Shown here one piece after another: positions 35,550-46,616 of a stretch of DNA of 52,122 bases (the first letter of the stretch is position 1; every line of letters starts with the position of its first letter). A program made the translations under genes and the position numbers. This DNA comes from Chlorobaculum parvum (GTDB lineage Bacteria; Bacteroidota; Chlorobiia; Chlorobiales; Chlorobiaceae). The stretch spans positions 1-52,122 of the forward strand of contig DRSQ01000066.1 of assembly GCA_011372505.1 (NCBI GenBank), in the 5' to 3' direction. Under the pieces are notes generated by a model that saw only the letters and a list, made by a program, of their open reading frames with translations, was not told where the DNA came from and made no database searches.

Positions 35550-38006
35550 TCAAACCAGATAGCTTGCAATCCGCAAAATGTCGGCGAACACGCCGCCCGC
35601 GGTCACTTCGCCGCCAGCGCCCGGCCCTTTGACCACGAGAGGCGTATCGAGGTAGCGGTCGGTGGTAAAGACCACGAGGTTCTCCGTGCCGTTCAGACCG
35701 GCCACCGGGCTTTCGAGCGGCACGCGCTTCAGCCCAACCTTCGCCTTGCCATCCTTCAGCTCGCCGGTGTAGGCAATGACCTTGCCCTCTTTGGCCGCAC
35801 TTTCCATCTCTTCGACGTACCAGTCGTCGATGCTCGACAAGCGGTCGAGGAATTCGGCTGGGGTCATCTCGCCTTGGCACGATTCGGACACCAGGCTCTC
35901 GCATTCAACATCCTCGTACTCCAGCTGGTAGCCGAGCGCACGACCGAGGATGAGCATCTTGCGGGCGAAGTCTGCGCCGGAGAGGTCGTCGCGCGGATCG
36001 GGTTCGGTGTAGCCGGACTCCTTTGCCTTGCGAACGATGTCGCTGAACCGTCCGCCCTTTCGCAGCTCGTTGAAAATGTAGCTCAGCGTACCGGACAGGA
36101 CTCCTTCGATGCAGACGATCCGGTCGCCGCTGTTCTTCAGATCGTTGAGGGTGCTGATGATCGGCAGACCCGCACCGACGTTGGTTTCGTAAAGAAACTT
36201 TGCGTTGCTCGACCGCTCGGCCTGCACGATCTTCCGATACAGCTCCGACGGCCCGGCCATACCGAGCTTGTTGGCCGTGGCGACGGAGATGTTGGACTCC
36301 AGCAGCTCCGGATAGCGCTCGGCAACCTGACCGCTCGCGGTGCAGTCCACCACGATGGTATTGTGCAGGTTCTCTTCGCGGATCAGGCGGATGTACTGAC
36401 CGATGCCCTGACGGGCCTCTCGCGGGTGCATCGCCTCCTGCCATTTCTCCAGATCGATGCCCTCTGGATCGATGCAAATCGCTCGGGTGTTGGCCAGTCC
36501 GGAAACTACCAGATCGAGCTGCATCTCCTGCTGCAAGGTGGAGCGATGCGCCTTGATCTGGCTGATCAGGCTTTTAGCGATCGTTCCAGTGCCTGCAATA
36601 AAGACGTGCACCTTGCGCATCGACAGGAAAAAGGACTCGTGAATGCAGTTGAGCGCCTTGTCTTCATCGCCGCTGTCGATCACCACCGAGATGTTCATCT
36701 CGTTGGCCCCCTGCGCAACGGCAATCACATTGACGCCGTTCTTGCCGAGCGTCTCGAAAAGCTGCGCCGACACGCCGGGGTGACCCGACATCTTGTTGCC
36801 CACGACGGCCACCATCGCCAGGTTGCGGCGGACAGCCACCGGATCGATCCGGCGCTCCTCGATCTCGCGAGCGTACTCCTCTTCGAGCACCTTTTTGGCC
36901 ATCGAGGCCTGCCCGGGCGCAACGGCAAGGCTGATCGACTGCTCCGACGAAGCCTGAGAGATGAAGATGATGTTAACGCTATGACGGGCCAAGCAGGTAA
37001 ACAAACGTGACGCCGTACCAGGAACGCCGGCCATACCGCTTCCGGAAAGGTTGAGCAACACCACGCGATTAATCGAGGTCAGGCCGGTCACCGGTCTCGG
37101 CTGGCCGTCGGTCGAGGCCGGCAGCTGACCAATTCTTGTGCCAAGGCCTTCAGGATTGGATGCATTGCGAATATGCAGCGGAATCCCTGCCTTCATTACC
37201 GGCTGCACGGCCAACGGGTGCAGCACTTTTGCTCCAGCATGCGAAAGCTCCATCGCCTCGGCGTAGCTGATCTCGGGAAGCACTCTCGCATCAGGCACCC
37301 GCTTCGGATCAGCGCTGAAAAAGCCGTCCACATGGGTCCAGATCGACACCTCTTCGGCATGAAGCGCTGCACCGAGAATCGTGGCCGTGAAGTCGGAGCC
37401 ACCGCGTCCGAGGTTGGTCACGCTGCCGTCCGGCGCCGAGGCGATAAAGCCGGTCACGACCGGTACAGGCTCGAACTGTTTTAAACGCTCGCGAATGAGC
37501 TTGCCAGAGACCAAACGATCGACCTTCGCATGGCAGTGATGCTCGTCAGTCACAATCAACTCTCGACTGTCGATGCACTCGGCAGGAGTGCCGGAACGTT
37601 CGAGGAACCGGCTCATGATCCGGCACGAAAAGCGCTCGCCGTAACTCATAATGAGCGCCAGACTTTTATCGGAAAGCTCCCTGAGCAGAGCAACGCCATG
37701 AAGCACGTCGTTCAGCTCGGCCAGCAGCTCTTGAAGCCATGCCTCCTCCGAAGCAGCTTCCTTACCAAACAGTTCACGGATGACATCAGTATGCTGCGAA
37801 CCGATCACTCCCAGCGTTTCGCGCCAAGCCGCATCACCGTTGCCCGCCTGCGCCCCAGCTTCGGCAAGCAAGTCGGTCACCTTGGCCATGGCCGAAACCA
37901 CGACGATAAGCTCCGAGCGCTCCAGCTCATTCCTGATAACAGCAGCTGCGTTACTGATGTTGGCCGCCGACGCGATCGACGATCCTCCGAACTTGAATAC
38001 CTTCAT
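35550..38006 (-). CDS. thrA: Bifunctional aspartokinase/homoserine dehydrogenase I
   Basis: KFGGSS, LGRGGSD, ACT domains, [23 protein letters not shown]. Confidence 0.98.
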   Translation of the reverse strand: MKVFKFGGSSIASAANISNAAAVIRNELERSELIVVVSAMAKVTDLLAEAGAQAGNGDAAWRETLGVIGSQHTDVIRELFGKEAASEEAWLQELLAELNDVLHGVALLRELSDKSLALIMSYGERFSCRIMSRFLERSGTPAECIDSRELIVTDEHHCHAKVDRLVSGKLIRERLKQFEPVPVVTGFIASAPDGSVTNLGRGGSDFTATILGAALHAEEVSIWTHVDGFFSADPKRVPDARVLPEISYAEAMELSHAGAKVLHPLAVQPVMKAGIPLHIRNASNPEGLGTRIGQLPASTDGQPRPVTGLTSINRVVLLNLSGSGMAGVPGTASRLFTCLARHSVNIIFISQASSEQSISLAVAPGQASMAKKVLEEEYAREIEERRIDPVAVRRNLAMVAVVGNKMSGHPGVSAQLFETLGKNGVNVIAVAQGANEMNISVVIDSGDEDKALNCIHESFFLSMRKVHVFIAGTGTIAKSLISQIKAHRSTLQQEMQLDLVVSGLANTRAICIDPEGIDLEKWQEAMHPREARQGIGQYIRLIREENLHNTIVVDCTASGQVAERYPELLESNISVATANKLGMAGPSELYRKIVQAERSSNAKFLYETNVGAGLPIISTLNDLKNSGDRIVCIEGVLSGTLSYIFNELRKGGRFSDIVRKAKESGYTEPDPRDDLSGADFARKMLILGRALGYQLEYEDVECESLVSESCQGEMTPAEFLDRLSSIDDWYVEEMESAAKEGKVIAYTGELKDGKAKVGLKRVPLESPVAGLNGTENLVVFTTDRYLDTPLVVKGPGAGGEVTAGGVFADILRIASYLV

Positions 38007-38111
38007 GCTTTTACAATGGTCGTTACACGTTTAAACTGACATCCTAATTTCTTACGGCAAGGCGAATAATACAAGCCAAAGTGAGACTCTTTTTTCATTC
38101 CCCGTCAACAC

Positions 38112-38145
38112 AAAAAAAGAAAGCGCCCTGTATGGGGGCGCTTTC
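38112..38145 (-). terminator. Terminator after atpG
   Basis: gaaagcgccc-loop-gggcgctttc followed by T7 on the minus strand. Confidence 0.85.
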
Positions 38146-38169
38146 CAATGGTTTTTGTAACCGCTGAAT

Positions 38170-39048
38170 TTACTGCTTCAGGGCGTCGGCGCCAGCGACA
38201 ATCTCGCTTAGCTCCTTGGTGATCGCGGCCTGACGTGCGCGGTTGTAGCTGATGTTCAGCACCCGGATCAACTCTTTGGCGTTCTCCGTAGCCGAATCCA
38301 TCGCGGCCATTCGGGCGGCCTGCTCGGCGGCGTTAGACTCCAGCATCACTCTCCAGACCTGGGTATTGAGATGCTTGGGCACCAGCTCGTCGATAATGGC
38401 TTCCGGCGAAGGCTCGTACAGATACTCGCTGCCTGCGGCCTCTTCCGTTCCATTTTCAGGAGCGATAGGCAGAAGCTGCTCGGTTCTGAGATTCGGAGCA
38501 AGCACTGACTTGAACTCGTTATAAACCAGAATGACCTTGTCGGCCTCACCTTTCAGGTACATCTGCGAGGCAAGCTCGGCAATTTCTTTTGCCGAAGAGA
38601 AGTCCAGATTCTGGAAAATACCGGGATAGGCTTTCGTGACATTGTAGCCTCTCTTGCGGAAAAAGTCGCTGCCTTTGGAACCAGCGCAGATCATGGTGAC
38701 AGCGCCCTTTTCATTCAGGGCTCCATACTGCTCGTGAATGAGCTTCTGGGCAACCTTGATGATATTGGCGTTGAAACCACCGCAAAGACCACGGTCTGAG
38801 GTGACCAGCACAACAAGCACCTTGTTCACCTCCTCACGAGGTGAGAGCAGCGGGTTGAGTGAGGTATCAACCTTGGTCGAAAGGGAGGCGAGCATCTCCT
38901 TCAGCTTCCCGGCATACGGACGGGCCTGAATCGCCCTGTCCTGGGCCCTTCTCAGCTTGGCAGCCGCAACCATTTTCATGGCCTTGGTCACCTGCTGGGT
39001 GGATTTGATACCCTTGAGCCGTATGCGTATATCCTTTAACGTTGGCAT
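38170..39048 (-). CDS. atpG: ATP synthase F1 gamma subunit
   Basis: [37 protein letters not shown]. Confidence 0.99.
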   Translation of the reverse strand: MPTLKDIRIRLKGIKSTQQVTKAMKMVAAAKLRRAQDRAIQARPYAGKLKEMLASLSTKVDTSLNPLLSPREEVNKVLVVLVTSDRGLCGGFNANIIKVAQKLIHEQYGALNEKGAVTMICAGSKGSDFFRKRGYNVTKAYPGIFQNLDFSSAKEIAELASQMYLKGEADKVILVYNEFKSVLAPNLRTEQLLPIAPENGTEEAAGSEYLYEPSPEAIIDELVPKHLNTQVWRVMLESNAAEQAARMAAMDSATENAKELIRVLNISYNRARQAAITKELSEIVAGADALKQ

Positions 39049-39131
39049 GTATTCCGAAACATTGTTGGTATTGCCGAATAACTTGCAAACGCCCCTGATT
39101 TTTCAGGGGCGTTCACTCACTTGTGCTGCCT

Positions 39132-40712
39132 TCAGGCCTTGTGCTTCTCTTTGAAAGCGGCGACATACTTCTGCGCCACCTCTGTCAGCTTGGAGGCCAT
39201 GTCGGACTCAAGCTTGCCGGTTTCAGCAATCGACGAGAGAATGTCAGAATGCTTCTGCTCCAGCATTTCAAGGAAGCTCTCTTCAAACTGGCGGACATAC
39301 TTGATGTCAACCGTATCGAGCAAGCCCTTGGTACCGACAAAGATAATGGCAACCTGCTTCTCAACCGCCATCGGCACATACTGACCCTGCTTGAGGATTT
39401 CGACCAGGCGAGCACCCCTGTCGAGCTGAGCCTTGGTGGCCTTGTCGAGGTCAGAACCGAACTTGGAGAAGGCTTCGAGCTCACGGAACTGGGCGAGGTC
39501 GAGACGAAGCGTACCGGCAACCTTCTTCATCGCCTTGATCTGAGCGGCGCCGCCAACGCGAGAGACCGAAATACCGACGTTGATAGCCGGACGCTGACCA
39601 GCGTTAAACAGGTTCGACTCGAGGAATATCTGGCCGTCGGTAATCGAAATCACGTTGGTCGGAATGTAAGCCGAAACGTCACCGGCCTGGGTTTCAATGA
39701 CCGGAAGCGCCGTGAGGCTGCCACCACCCTTCACCATCGGTTTCAACGGTTCGGGAAGGTCGTTCATCTGCTTGACCACTTCGATATCGTCAGTGATCTT
39801 TGCAGCGCGTTCGAGAAGACGCGAGTGCAGGTAGAACACGTCGCCAGGGAACGCTTCACGTCCCGGCGGACGGCGGAGGAGCAGGGAGAGCTGGCGGTAA
39901 GCCACAGCCTGCTTGGAGAGATCATCATAAACAACCAGAGCGTGACGACCGGTATCGCGGAAGTACTCGCCGATAGTCGCTCCGGCGAACGGAGCGATAA
40001 ACTGGAGCGGAGCCGGATCGGAGGCCGTAGCGGAAACGACGGTGGTATATTCCATAGCACCGTGCTGCTCAAGGGTGTTGACCACCTGCGCAACAGTCGA
40101 GCCTTTCAGACCAACAGCAACATAGATGCAGTACACACCTTTACCTTTCTGGTTGATAATGGTATCGAGCGCCACAGCGGTTTTACCTGTCTGGCGGTCA
40201 CCGATAATCAGCTCACGCTGGCCGCGGCCGATCGGGATCATAGCATCGATAGCTTTCAGACCAGTCTGGAGCGGCTCGTGCACCGACTTACGGAAGATAA
40301 CACCGGGAGCCCTGCGCTCGAGCGGCAGACGAATTTCAGTGTTGATCGGGCCTTTACCGTCGATCGGCTCACCGAGCGGGTTGACCACCCTGCCAAGCAT
40401 AGCTTCGCCAACCGGAATGGAAGCGAGAATGTTGGTGCGCTTGACCGTATCGCCTTCTTTTACCGAATTCGCATCGCCGAACATCACTGCACCGACGTTG
40501 TCTTCTTCGAGGTTCAGGGCCATGCCCATGACATCATTGGGAAATTCGAGGAGCTCACCTGCGGCGACATTCGACAAACCGTAAATACGGGCGATACCGT
40601 CACCGACCTGCAGAACGGTTCCTACATCATATACATCCGCTTCCGACTCGAAACCTGCGAGCTGCTTGCGGAGTATGGAAGACACCTCATCGGGTCTGAC
40701 TGCTGTTGACAT
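39132..40712 (-). CDS. atpA: ATP synthase F1 alpha subunit
   Basis: [30 protein letters not shown]. Confidence 0.99.
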   Translation of the reverse strand: MSTAVRPDEVSSILRKQLAGFESEADVYDVGTVLQVGDGIARIYGLSNVAAGELLEFPNDVMGMALNLEEDNVGAVMFGDANSVKEGDTVKRTNILASIPVGEAMLGRVVNPLGEPIDGKGPINTEIRLPLERRAPGVIFRKSVHEPLQTGLKAIDAMIPIGRGQRELIIGDRQTGKTAVALDTIINQKGKGVYCIYVAVGLKGSTVAQVVNTLEQHGAMEYTTVVSATASDPAPLQFIAPFAGATIGEYFRDTGRHALVVYDDLSKQAVAYRQLSLLLRRPPGREAFPGDVFYLHSRLLERAAKITDDIEVVKQMNDLPEPLKPMVKGGGSLTALPVIETQAGDVSAYIPTNVISITDGQIFLESNLFNAGQRPAINVGISVSRVGGAAQIKAMKKVAGTLRLDLAQFRELEAFSKFGSDLDKATKAQLDRGARLVEILKQGQYVPMAVEKQVAIIFVGTKGLLDTVDIKYVRQFEESFLEMLEQKHSDILSSIAETGKLESDMASKLTEVAQKYVAAFKEKHKA

Positions 40713-40921
40713 ATGGAATTCGATAGGTTATTGTTAAGAAAAGAAAAAGATTCTCCGTACCTTCTCTTGAATCTGGCTACGGCCCGTTACCCTCCAAAAA
40801 TAAAAGCCAAATTTAATGAAAAGCTTCCAGTTATTCAAATGCGTAACACAATTTGGATAAGAGACTTTTCCGGAGTAACCCGTCGCCGTACCGTTTCAGC
40901 AATCTTGCCCCACATCACGCT

Positions 40922-41896
40922 ATGAAAACCGTCACTGGATTTGCGTCGGCAACGGTCGGAAATGTTGCCTGCGGTTTTGATGTTCTCGGTTTTGCCATCA
41001 CCGAACCCGGTGATGAAGTTATCCTGACGCTTCATGATGAACACCGGAGCGACTGCCCTGTTTCAATCAGTTCGATCAAGGGGGACGGCGGAGCCTTGCC
41101 GCTCGACCCGAAGAAGAATACATCGAGCTTCGTCGTGCTCAAGTTTCTCGAGTATATCCGCTCGACCAAGGGCCTCGACTTCAAGGGCCACATCGATCTG
41201 GAACTGAAAAAAAACCTGCCCCTCTCCAGCGGCATGGGCAGCAGCGCGGCAAGCGCGGCGGCGGCCCTCGTGGCAGCAAACGAGCTGTTCGGCTCCCCCT
41301 GCTCCAAGATGGAGCTGGTGCACTTCGCCATCGAGGGCGAACGCGTGGCGTGCGGATCGGCCCACGCCGACAACGCCGCTCCGGCCATGCTCGGCAATTT
41401 CATCCTGATCCGCAGCTACCATCCGCTCGACCTCATCACCATCAAGCCGCCGAAGGAACTCTTCTGCACGCTCGTCCATCCGCACACCGAAGTCAAGACC
41501 TCCTTCGCCCGCTCCGTGCTGCCGAAGTCGATTCCGCTTACGATGGCCACACAGCAGTGGGGCAACGTCGGCGCACTCATCTCAGGCCTGCTGATGGAGG
41601 ATTACGACCTGATCAGACGGTCACTGGTCGATGTGGTGGCCGAACCAAAACGCGCCCCGCTGATTCCCGGCTTCACCGAGGTCAAGCAGTCGGCGCTCGA
41701 CGCCGGTGCTCTCGGATGCAGCATCGCCGGCTCCGGCCCGTCGGTCTTCGCCTTCTCGGCCTCCCATGCGAAAGCCGAGGCGGTGGGCGCGGCCATGCAG
41801 GAGACCTTCCGCCGCTCCAAAGCCGCACTCGAATCCGACATGTGGGTCTCGCCAATTTGCAGCCAGGGCGCGCGCGTCACCAGCTCAACTTCATGA
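40922..41896 (+). CDS. thrB: Homoserine kinase
   Basis: GNVACGFDVLG, PLSSGMGSSAAS, HADN, IAGSGPS; ATG at 40922. Confidence 0.96.
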   Translation: MKTVTGFASATVGNVACGFDVLGFAITEPGDEVILTLHDEHRSDCPVSISSIKGDGGALPLDPKKNTSSFVVLKFLEYIRSTKGLDFKGHIDLELKKNLPLSSGMGSSAASAAAALVAANELFGSPCSKMELVHFAIEGERVACGSAHADNAAPAMLGNFILIRSYHPLDLITIKPPKELFCTLVHPHTEVKTSFARSVLPKSIPLTMATQQWGNVGALISGLLMEDYDLIRRSLVDVVAEPKRAPLIPGFTEVKQSALDAGALGCSIAGSGPSVFAFSASHAKAEAVGAAMQETFRRSKAALESDMWVSPICSQGARVTSSTS

Positions 41897-41909
41897 ATTG
41901 CATCACGAT

Positions 41910-43226
41910 ATGATCTTCTACAGCACCACGAAAGCCTCCACTCCCGTCACGATGAAAAAAGCCACCCTCGAAGGCCTCGCGCCCGACGGGGGGTTGTACG
42001 TGCCATCCGAAATGCCGCGCTTCTCCGCTGAGGAGATTTCGCTGCTGGAGAGTGGCTCGTTTACCAATATCGCCTTCGCCATTGCAAAAAAATTTGTTGG
42101 CGACGAAATTCCGCTCGACCGGCTCTCGGAGCTGATCGACGACTGCTTCACCTTCGAAACGCCGCTGCACGAACTCGATGCCGACACCTTCGTCGAGGAG
42201 CTGTTTCACGGTCCGACGCTCGCCTTCAAGGATTACGGCGCACGCTTCCTGGCGCGGATGACCGGCTTGTACGCCGCTGAAGAGAGCCGGATGATCACCG
42301 TGCTGGTGGCCACCTCCGGCGACACCGGCAGCGCGGTGGCTTACGGCTTCCACGGCATTCCGAATACGCGCGTGGTGCTGCTCTATCCTTCGGACAAGGT
42401 GAGCCGTTTACAGGAGCAGCAGCTCACCACGGCAGGCGACAACGTCCATGCCCTCGAAGTCAAGGGCGATTTCGATGACTGCCAGCGCCTGGTCAAGCAG
42501 GCCTTCATCGATCAGTCGCTACGTCAGAAGCTTACGCTGACCTCGGCCAACTCCATCAACATCTCGCGCCTGATTCCCCAGTCGTTCTACTACGCCTGGG
42601 CTGCCCTGCAACTCCGCCAGCGCCAATCGAATGCGCTGCCGACCTTCTCGGTGCCGAGCGGCAACTACGGCAACCTGACCGCCGGCGTCATGGCAAAGAT
42701 GATGGGCTTCCCGATCGGCGGCTTCATCGCAGCCTCGAACGCCAACGACAGCGTCACACGCTACCTCGACGAGGGGCGCTTCGAACCACGCCCGACCATC
42801 AAGACCCTCACCACGGCGATGGATGTGGGCAACCCAAGCAACTTCGCCCGCCTGCTGCACTTCTACGGAGGCGACTACCGAAAAATGGGTGAGAACATTA
42901 CCGGCATCGCCGTCTCGGACGAAGAGACCGTCGAAACGATCCGCGCCGTGAATGATCAATACGGCTACATCATGGATCCCCATACCGCCGTCGGATACCG
43001 GGCGCTGGAACACTACCGCGAAACTCGCTCCGGCGCTGGCAAGCCGGCCGTCGTTCTTTCCACCGCTCATCCAGTCAAGTTCGACGAGGCGATCAGGACG
43101 GCCACCGGCAAAGAGGTGCCAATTCCGGAATCGATGCACGATATCATGAACAAGCCAAAACAGGCAACGCTGATCGGCAACAGATACGAGGAGCTTGAAA
43201 GGTTCCTTGGCAATCTCGACCGGTAA
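41910..43226 (+). CDS. thrC: Threonine synthase
   Basis: GLAPDGGLY, FHGPTLAFKD, ATSGDTG, SANSIN, TAHPVKF; ATG at 41910. Confidence 0.97.
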   Translation: MIFYSTTKASTPVTMKKATLEGLAPDGGLYVPSEMPRFSAEEISLLESGSFTNIAFAIAKKFVGDEIPLDRLSELIDDCFTFETPLHELDADTFVEELFHGPTLAFKDYGARFLARMTGLYAAEESRMITVLVATSGDTGSAVAYGFHGIPNTRVVLLYPSDKVSRLQEQQLTTAGDNVHALEVKGDFDDCQRLVKQAFIDQSLRQKLTLTSANSINISRLIPQSFYYAWAALQLRQRQSNALPTFSVPSGNYGNLTAGVMAKMMGFPIGGFIAASNANDSVTRYLDEGRFEPRPTIKTLTTAMDVGNPSNFARLLHFYGGDYRKMGENITGIAVSDEETVETIRAVNDQYGYIMDPHTAVGYRALEHYRETRSGAGKPAVVLSTAHPVKFDEAIRTATGKEVPIPESMHDIMNKPKQATLIGNRYEELERFLGNLDR

Positions 43227-43249
43227 GCAATAAGGCTCTGACAGAGACC

Positions 43250-43963
43250 ATGAACCTCCAGACACTTCTTTTCTTCCTGGTACTCATCCCGATCATGTTT
43301 TTCGGGATGCTGTTTGCGCTCATTCTGAACCTCTTCGACCCGACCGGCGACAGGTTCCACAAAATGGCTGCCTGGTGGGGACGTTTTGCTTCAAGACTTC
43401 TCGGCATTGCCGTTCAGGTGGAGGGAGAGGAGAACTACAGCCCCGAGAAGAACTATCTGGTCGTGAGCAACCACGCTGGAATGGCCGATATTCCGCTGAT
43501 TCTCGGTGCGATCAAGCTGAATCTGAGATTTGTTGCAAAAGAAGAGCTCGGAAAAGTGCCGGTGTTCGGCCATGCGCTGAAGTCGGCAGGCTATGTCTTC
43601 ATCAAGCGCGGTCAGAACCGGGAGGCGCTGCAAAGCATGCTGAAGGCTGCCGACACCCTCAAAGCAGGACGTTCGATCCACATCTTCCCTGAGGGCACCC
43701 GCTCGAAAACCGGCGACATCCTGCCCTTCAAGCGCGGCGCATTCATTATTGCGGAAAAAGCAAAAGTGCCGGTGCTCCCGGTCACCATCGTCGGCAGTAA
43801 CCTCATCACCCCAAAGAAAAGCCTGAAAATCAACCACGGCAAGGTACGAATGATCATCGGCAAACCGATCGATCCCGACCAGCACTCCAAAGCCGAAGAA
43901 TTGATGAAGGAGAGTTACAGGATCATCAGCGGCAATCTGGAGCAAGTGAACAGCCCCACATAA
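43250..43963 (+). CDS. plsC: 1-acyl-sn-glycerol-3-phosphate acyltransferase
   Basis: NHAGMAD (HxxxxD), FPEGTRS. Confidence 0.92.
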   Translation: MNLQTLLFFLVLIPIMFFGMLFALILNLFDPTGDRFHKMAAWWGRFASRLLGIAVQVEGEENYSPEKNYLVVSNHAGMADIPLILGAIKLNLRFVAKEELGKVPVFGHALKSAGYVFIKRGQNREALQSMLKAADTLKAGRSIHIFPEGTRSKTGDILPFKRGAFIIAEKAKVPVLPVTIVGSNLITPKKSLKINHGKVRMIIGKPIDPDQHSKAEELMKESYRIISGNLEQVNSPT

Positions 43964-43972
43964 GAGTTGAAC

Positions 43973-44005
43973 CTGTAGCGGCAAGTTCGCAAACCGCCGC
44001 TACAG
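43973..44005. repeat. GTAG-type REP-like palindrome between convergent plsC and ribH
   Basis: ctgtagcggc-N13-gccgctacag, no U tract. Confidence 0.5.
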
Positions 44006-44044
44006 CTCACCGAGGACGACCGGGCGGCCGCCCATTGCTAAACG

Positions 44045-44515
44045 CTATCCCAACTGCTTGTAGAGATTGACCATCTCGATAGCCCCAAGCGCGGCATCAA
44101 AGCCTTTGTTGCCTGCCTTGGTGCCAGCCCGCTCGATTGCCTGCTCCAGATTCTCGGTGGTCAGCACGCCGAACGTAATCGGAATCATCGTCTCCAAACC
44201 AACCTGAGCGATACCTTTGCTCGCTTCAGCGGCAATCACGTCGAAGTGCGGGGTCGAACCGCGGATGATCACGCCGAGGGTAATCATGGCGTCGAACTTG
44301 CCAGACATGGCAGCCTTACGGGTCACCGACGGCAGCTCGAACGCACCGGGGCAACGGATAACCGTGATGTTGTCAGCCGATCCGCCGTGGCGCACGATGC
44401 AGTCGATTGCTCCTTCCACCAGCTTCTGGCCGATGAAATCGTTGAAACGCGAAACAACCAGCCCGAACCTGATTCCCTCAGCGCTGAGCGCTCCCTCTAT
44501 GTTCTGTACCTGCAT
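44045..44515 (-). CDS. ribH: 6,7-dimethyl-8-ribityllumazine synthase
   Basis: [34 protein letters not shown]. Confidence 0.98.
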   Translation of the reverse strand: MQVQNIEGALSAEGIRFGLVVSRFNDFIGQKLVEGAIDCIVRHGGSADNITVIRCPGAFELPSVTRKAAMSGKFDAMITLGVIIRGSTPHFDVIAAEASKGIAQVGLETMIPITFGVLTTENLEQAIERAGTKAGNKGFDAALGAIEMVNLYKQLG

Positions 44516-44544
44516 GGTTTTGGTGTTTGGTTAGTTTTTCTAAA

Positions 44545-44571
44545 GTGGACTTGGTGGACACAGTGGGCTTG
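44545..44571. repeat. Imperfect 9-bp tandem repeat x3
   Basis: gtggacttg gtggacaca gtgggcttg. Confidence 0.6.
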
Positions 44572-44594
44572 GCGTACAAGACCACGCCCCTCTG

Positions 44595-44636
44595 TTTCTC
44601 AATTCATAATTCAGCATTCATAATTCATAATTCTCA
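44595..44636. repeat. Imperfect 7-bp tandem repeat x6
   Basis: tttctca attcata attcagc attcata attcata attctca; the last unit includes the gmhA stop. Confidence 0.8.
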
Positions 44637-45263
44637 ACCATACCCCATCATTGATTCGACAAGCTCGACGATGACGTGGCCTATGGCGATATGGCACTCC
44701 TGCGTGCGGTCGGCGCTGCCGGTGTGGGGCACCACCACGGCGAGGTCGGCGTGCGGTTTTATTGTGCCACCGTCGCCGCCGAGCAGGGCGAGGGTCTTCA
44801 TGCCGAGCGTTCGCGATGTCTGGAGCGCCTTGAGCACGTTGGGGCTGTTGCCACTGGTCGAGAGGCCGAGCATGAGGTCACCGGGCCTGCCGTACGCTTC
44901 GGCCAAGCGCGAAAACACCTCATCGAAGCCGAGATCGTTTGCGCCTGCCGTCAGGGCCGAGGTGTCAGTCGAAAGCGCGATGGCTGGCAGCGCAGGGCGA
45001 TTCACCGAGCTGCGGTAACGGATGGTCAGCTCGGCAGCCAGATGCTGCGCATCGGCAGCGCTTCCGCCGTTGCCACACAAAAGCACCTTACCTCCATTCC
45101 GGAAGGTCTCGGTGATCATAGTAGCCATCGCCGCGATGATGTCGCTGTCGCGACGGGCGACCGTCTCCTTCAGGCGGGCGCTGTAAAGCATCCGCTCCAG
45201 CACCAGCTCTTCGTAGCGACCTGAACCACCGCCCCCCTCAGAACAGTTGCACTGCTGAGTCAT
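44634..45263 (-). CDS. gmhA: Phosphoheptose isomerase (SIS domain)
   Basis: [22 protein letters not shown]. Confidence 0.95.
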   Translation of the reverse strand: MTQQCNCSEGGGGSGRYEELVLERMLYSARLKETVARRDSDIIAAMATMITETFRNGGKVLLCGNGGSAADAQHLAAELTIRYRSSVNRPALPAIALSTDTSALTAGANDLGFDEVFSRLAEAYGRPGDLMLGLSTSGNSPNVLKALQTSRTLGMKTLALLGGDGGTIKPHADLAVVVPHTGSADRTQECHIAIGHVIVELVESMMGYG

Positions 45264-45335
45264 TGCGTAACTGCTTTGTTGAAAATTTCTTGCAATATAA
45301 AAAAGATCGATCGGATCAGTCTGATCCGACCGATC

Positions 45336-45375
45336 AAAAAAAAGGCCTGCCCGAAGTGTTTGCCGGGCAGGCCTT
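45336..45375 (-). terminator. Terminator after hemE
   Basis: aaggcctgcccg-loop-cgggcaggcc followed by T8 on the minus strand. Confidence 0.88.
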
Positions 45376-45398
45376 GATGCTTTAACAGCCTGAAACGC

Positions 45399-46454
45399 TC
45401 AGTGGTACTTGGCACTCTCTTCCTTGACAAACTCAACGAGGAGTTTCAGGTTGGCCGGATCGGCGTCCGGCAGGATGCCGTGGCCGAGGTTGAAGACGTG
45501 GCCGGAGCAGTCGGTGTGCTGGCCGTACTGCCTGAGCACCTTGGCGGCTTCGGATTTGATCTTCTCCGGAGTGCCGTAGAGCACGGTCGGATCCATGTTG
45601 CCCTGGAGGCAGACGCGGTCGTTCAGCTCCTTGCGAGCCTTGGCGATATCGATGTTCCAGCCGAGGCCGACAGCATCCGCGCCGGTGTCAGCAACATCGG
45701 AGAGAATGGTGTTCATGTCTTTGGCGAAGACGATCACCGGAATTTCCGGATAGGAGGCCTTCACGGCGGCGACGTTCTGCTTGATGTAAGGCAGAGCGAA
45801 CTCGCGGTAGTCGTCCTCGGAGAGAGCACTGGCCCAGGAGTCGAAAATCTGGATGGCGTCCGCACCAGCTTCGACCTGCTTGACGAGGTAGTTGCTGATG
45901 CAGGTGGTGATCTTCTGCAGAAGCTGATGGGCCATCTTCGGCTCGCGGTACATCAGCTTCTTGGCGTTGGCGTAGTTCTTCGAACCACCGCCCTCGACCG
46001 CGTAGGTGAAGAGCGTCCATGCAGCGCCCGAGAAGCCGATGAGCGGCACGCGGTCGTTCAGCTCCTTCTTGGTGAGGCGGATCGCATCGAACACGTAGCC
46101 GAGCTTCTCCTCGACATCGGGGTCAATCAGCTTGTCGATGTCGGCCTGCGTGCGAATCTCCGGAGTCAGCTTGATGCCTTTGGACTCGATGATCTGCACA
46201 TCCATGCCCATCGCCTCGTTGACCACGAGGATGTCGGAGAAGATGATTGCGGCATCCACACCCATCAGATCGACCGGCTGAATGGTGACTTCACAAGCCA
46301 GTTCAGGCGTTTTGCAGAGGGTCAGGAAGTCGGTTTTTGACCTGACTGCACGGTATTCCGGCAGGTAACGACCGGCCTGACGCATGACCCAGATCGGAGT
46401 ACGGGGGGTCGATTGCCTCTTCAACGCCCTGAGAAAAAGATCATTTTTGAGCAT
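45399..46454 (-). CDS. hemE: Uroporphyrinogen decarboxylase
   Basis: WVMRQAGRYLPEY, IFSDIL, QIFDSW, FNLGHG. Confidence 0.98.
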   Translation of the reverse strand: MLKNDLFLRALKRQSTPRTPIWVMRQAGRYLPEYRAVRSKTDFLTLCKTPELACEVTIQPVDLMGVDAAIIFSDILVVNEAMGMDVQIIESKGIKLTPEIRTQADIDKLIDPDVEEKLGYVFDAIRLTKKELNDRVPLIGFSGAAWTLFTYAVEGGGSKNYANAKKLMYREPKMAHQLLQKITTCISNYLVKQVEAGADAIQIFDSWASALSEDDYREFALPYIKQNVAAVKASYPEIPVIVFAKDMNTILSDVADTGADAVGLGWNIDIAKARKELNDRVCLQGNMDPTVLYGTPEKIKSEAAKVLRQYGQHTDCSGHVFNLGHGILPDADPANLKLLVEFVKEESAKYH

Positions 46455-46616
46455 GGAGTGCGATTAATTAGTGATGTTGAGAAAAGAGCTGCCCCTCAGG
46501 CCGGATGGTGCCGGAACCCTTGCAGGCATTGATAAATCAGATGCAAAAGTACACTTTTTCAGCCTTTTTTTAAAACCGAAGGGCGCCCTGTGAGGAGCAC
46601 CCGGATGGCATGTGGT

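Noticed and set aside
39720-39800. Insertion in AtpA ([22 protein letters not shown]), plus insertions in RpoC and the long IspG
   Set aside because: Consistent with lineage-typical indels of Chlorobi/Bacteroidota; no intein motifs.
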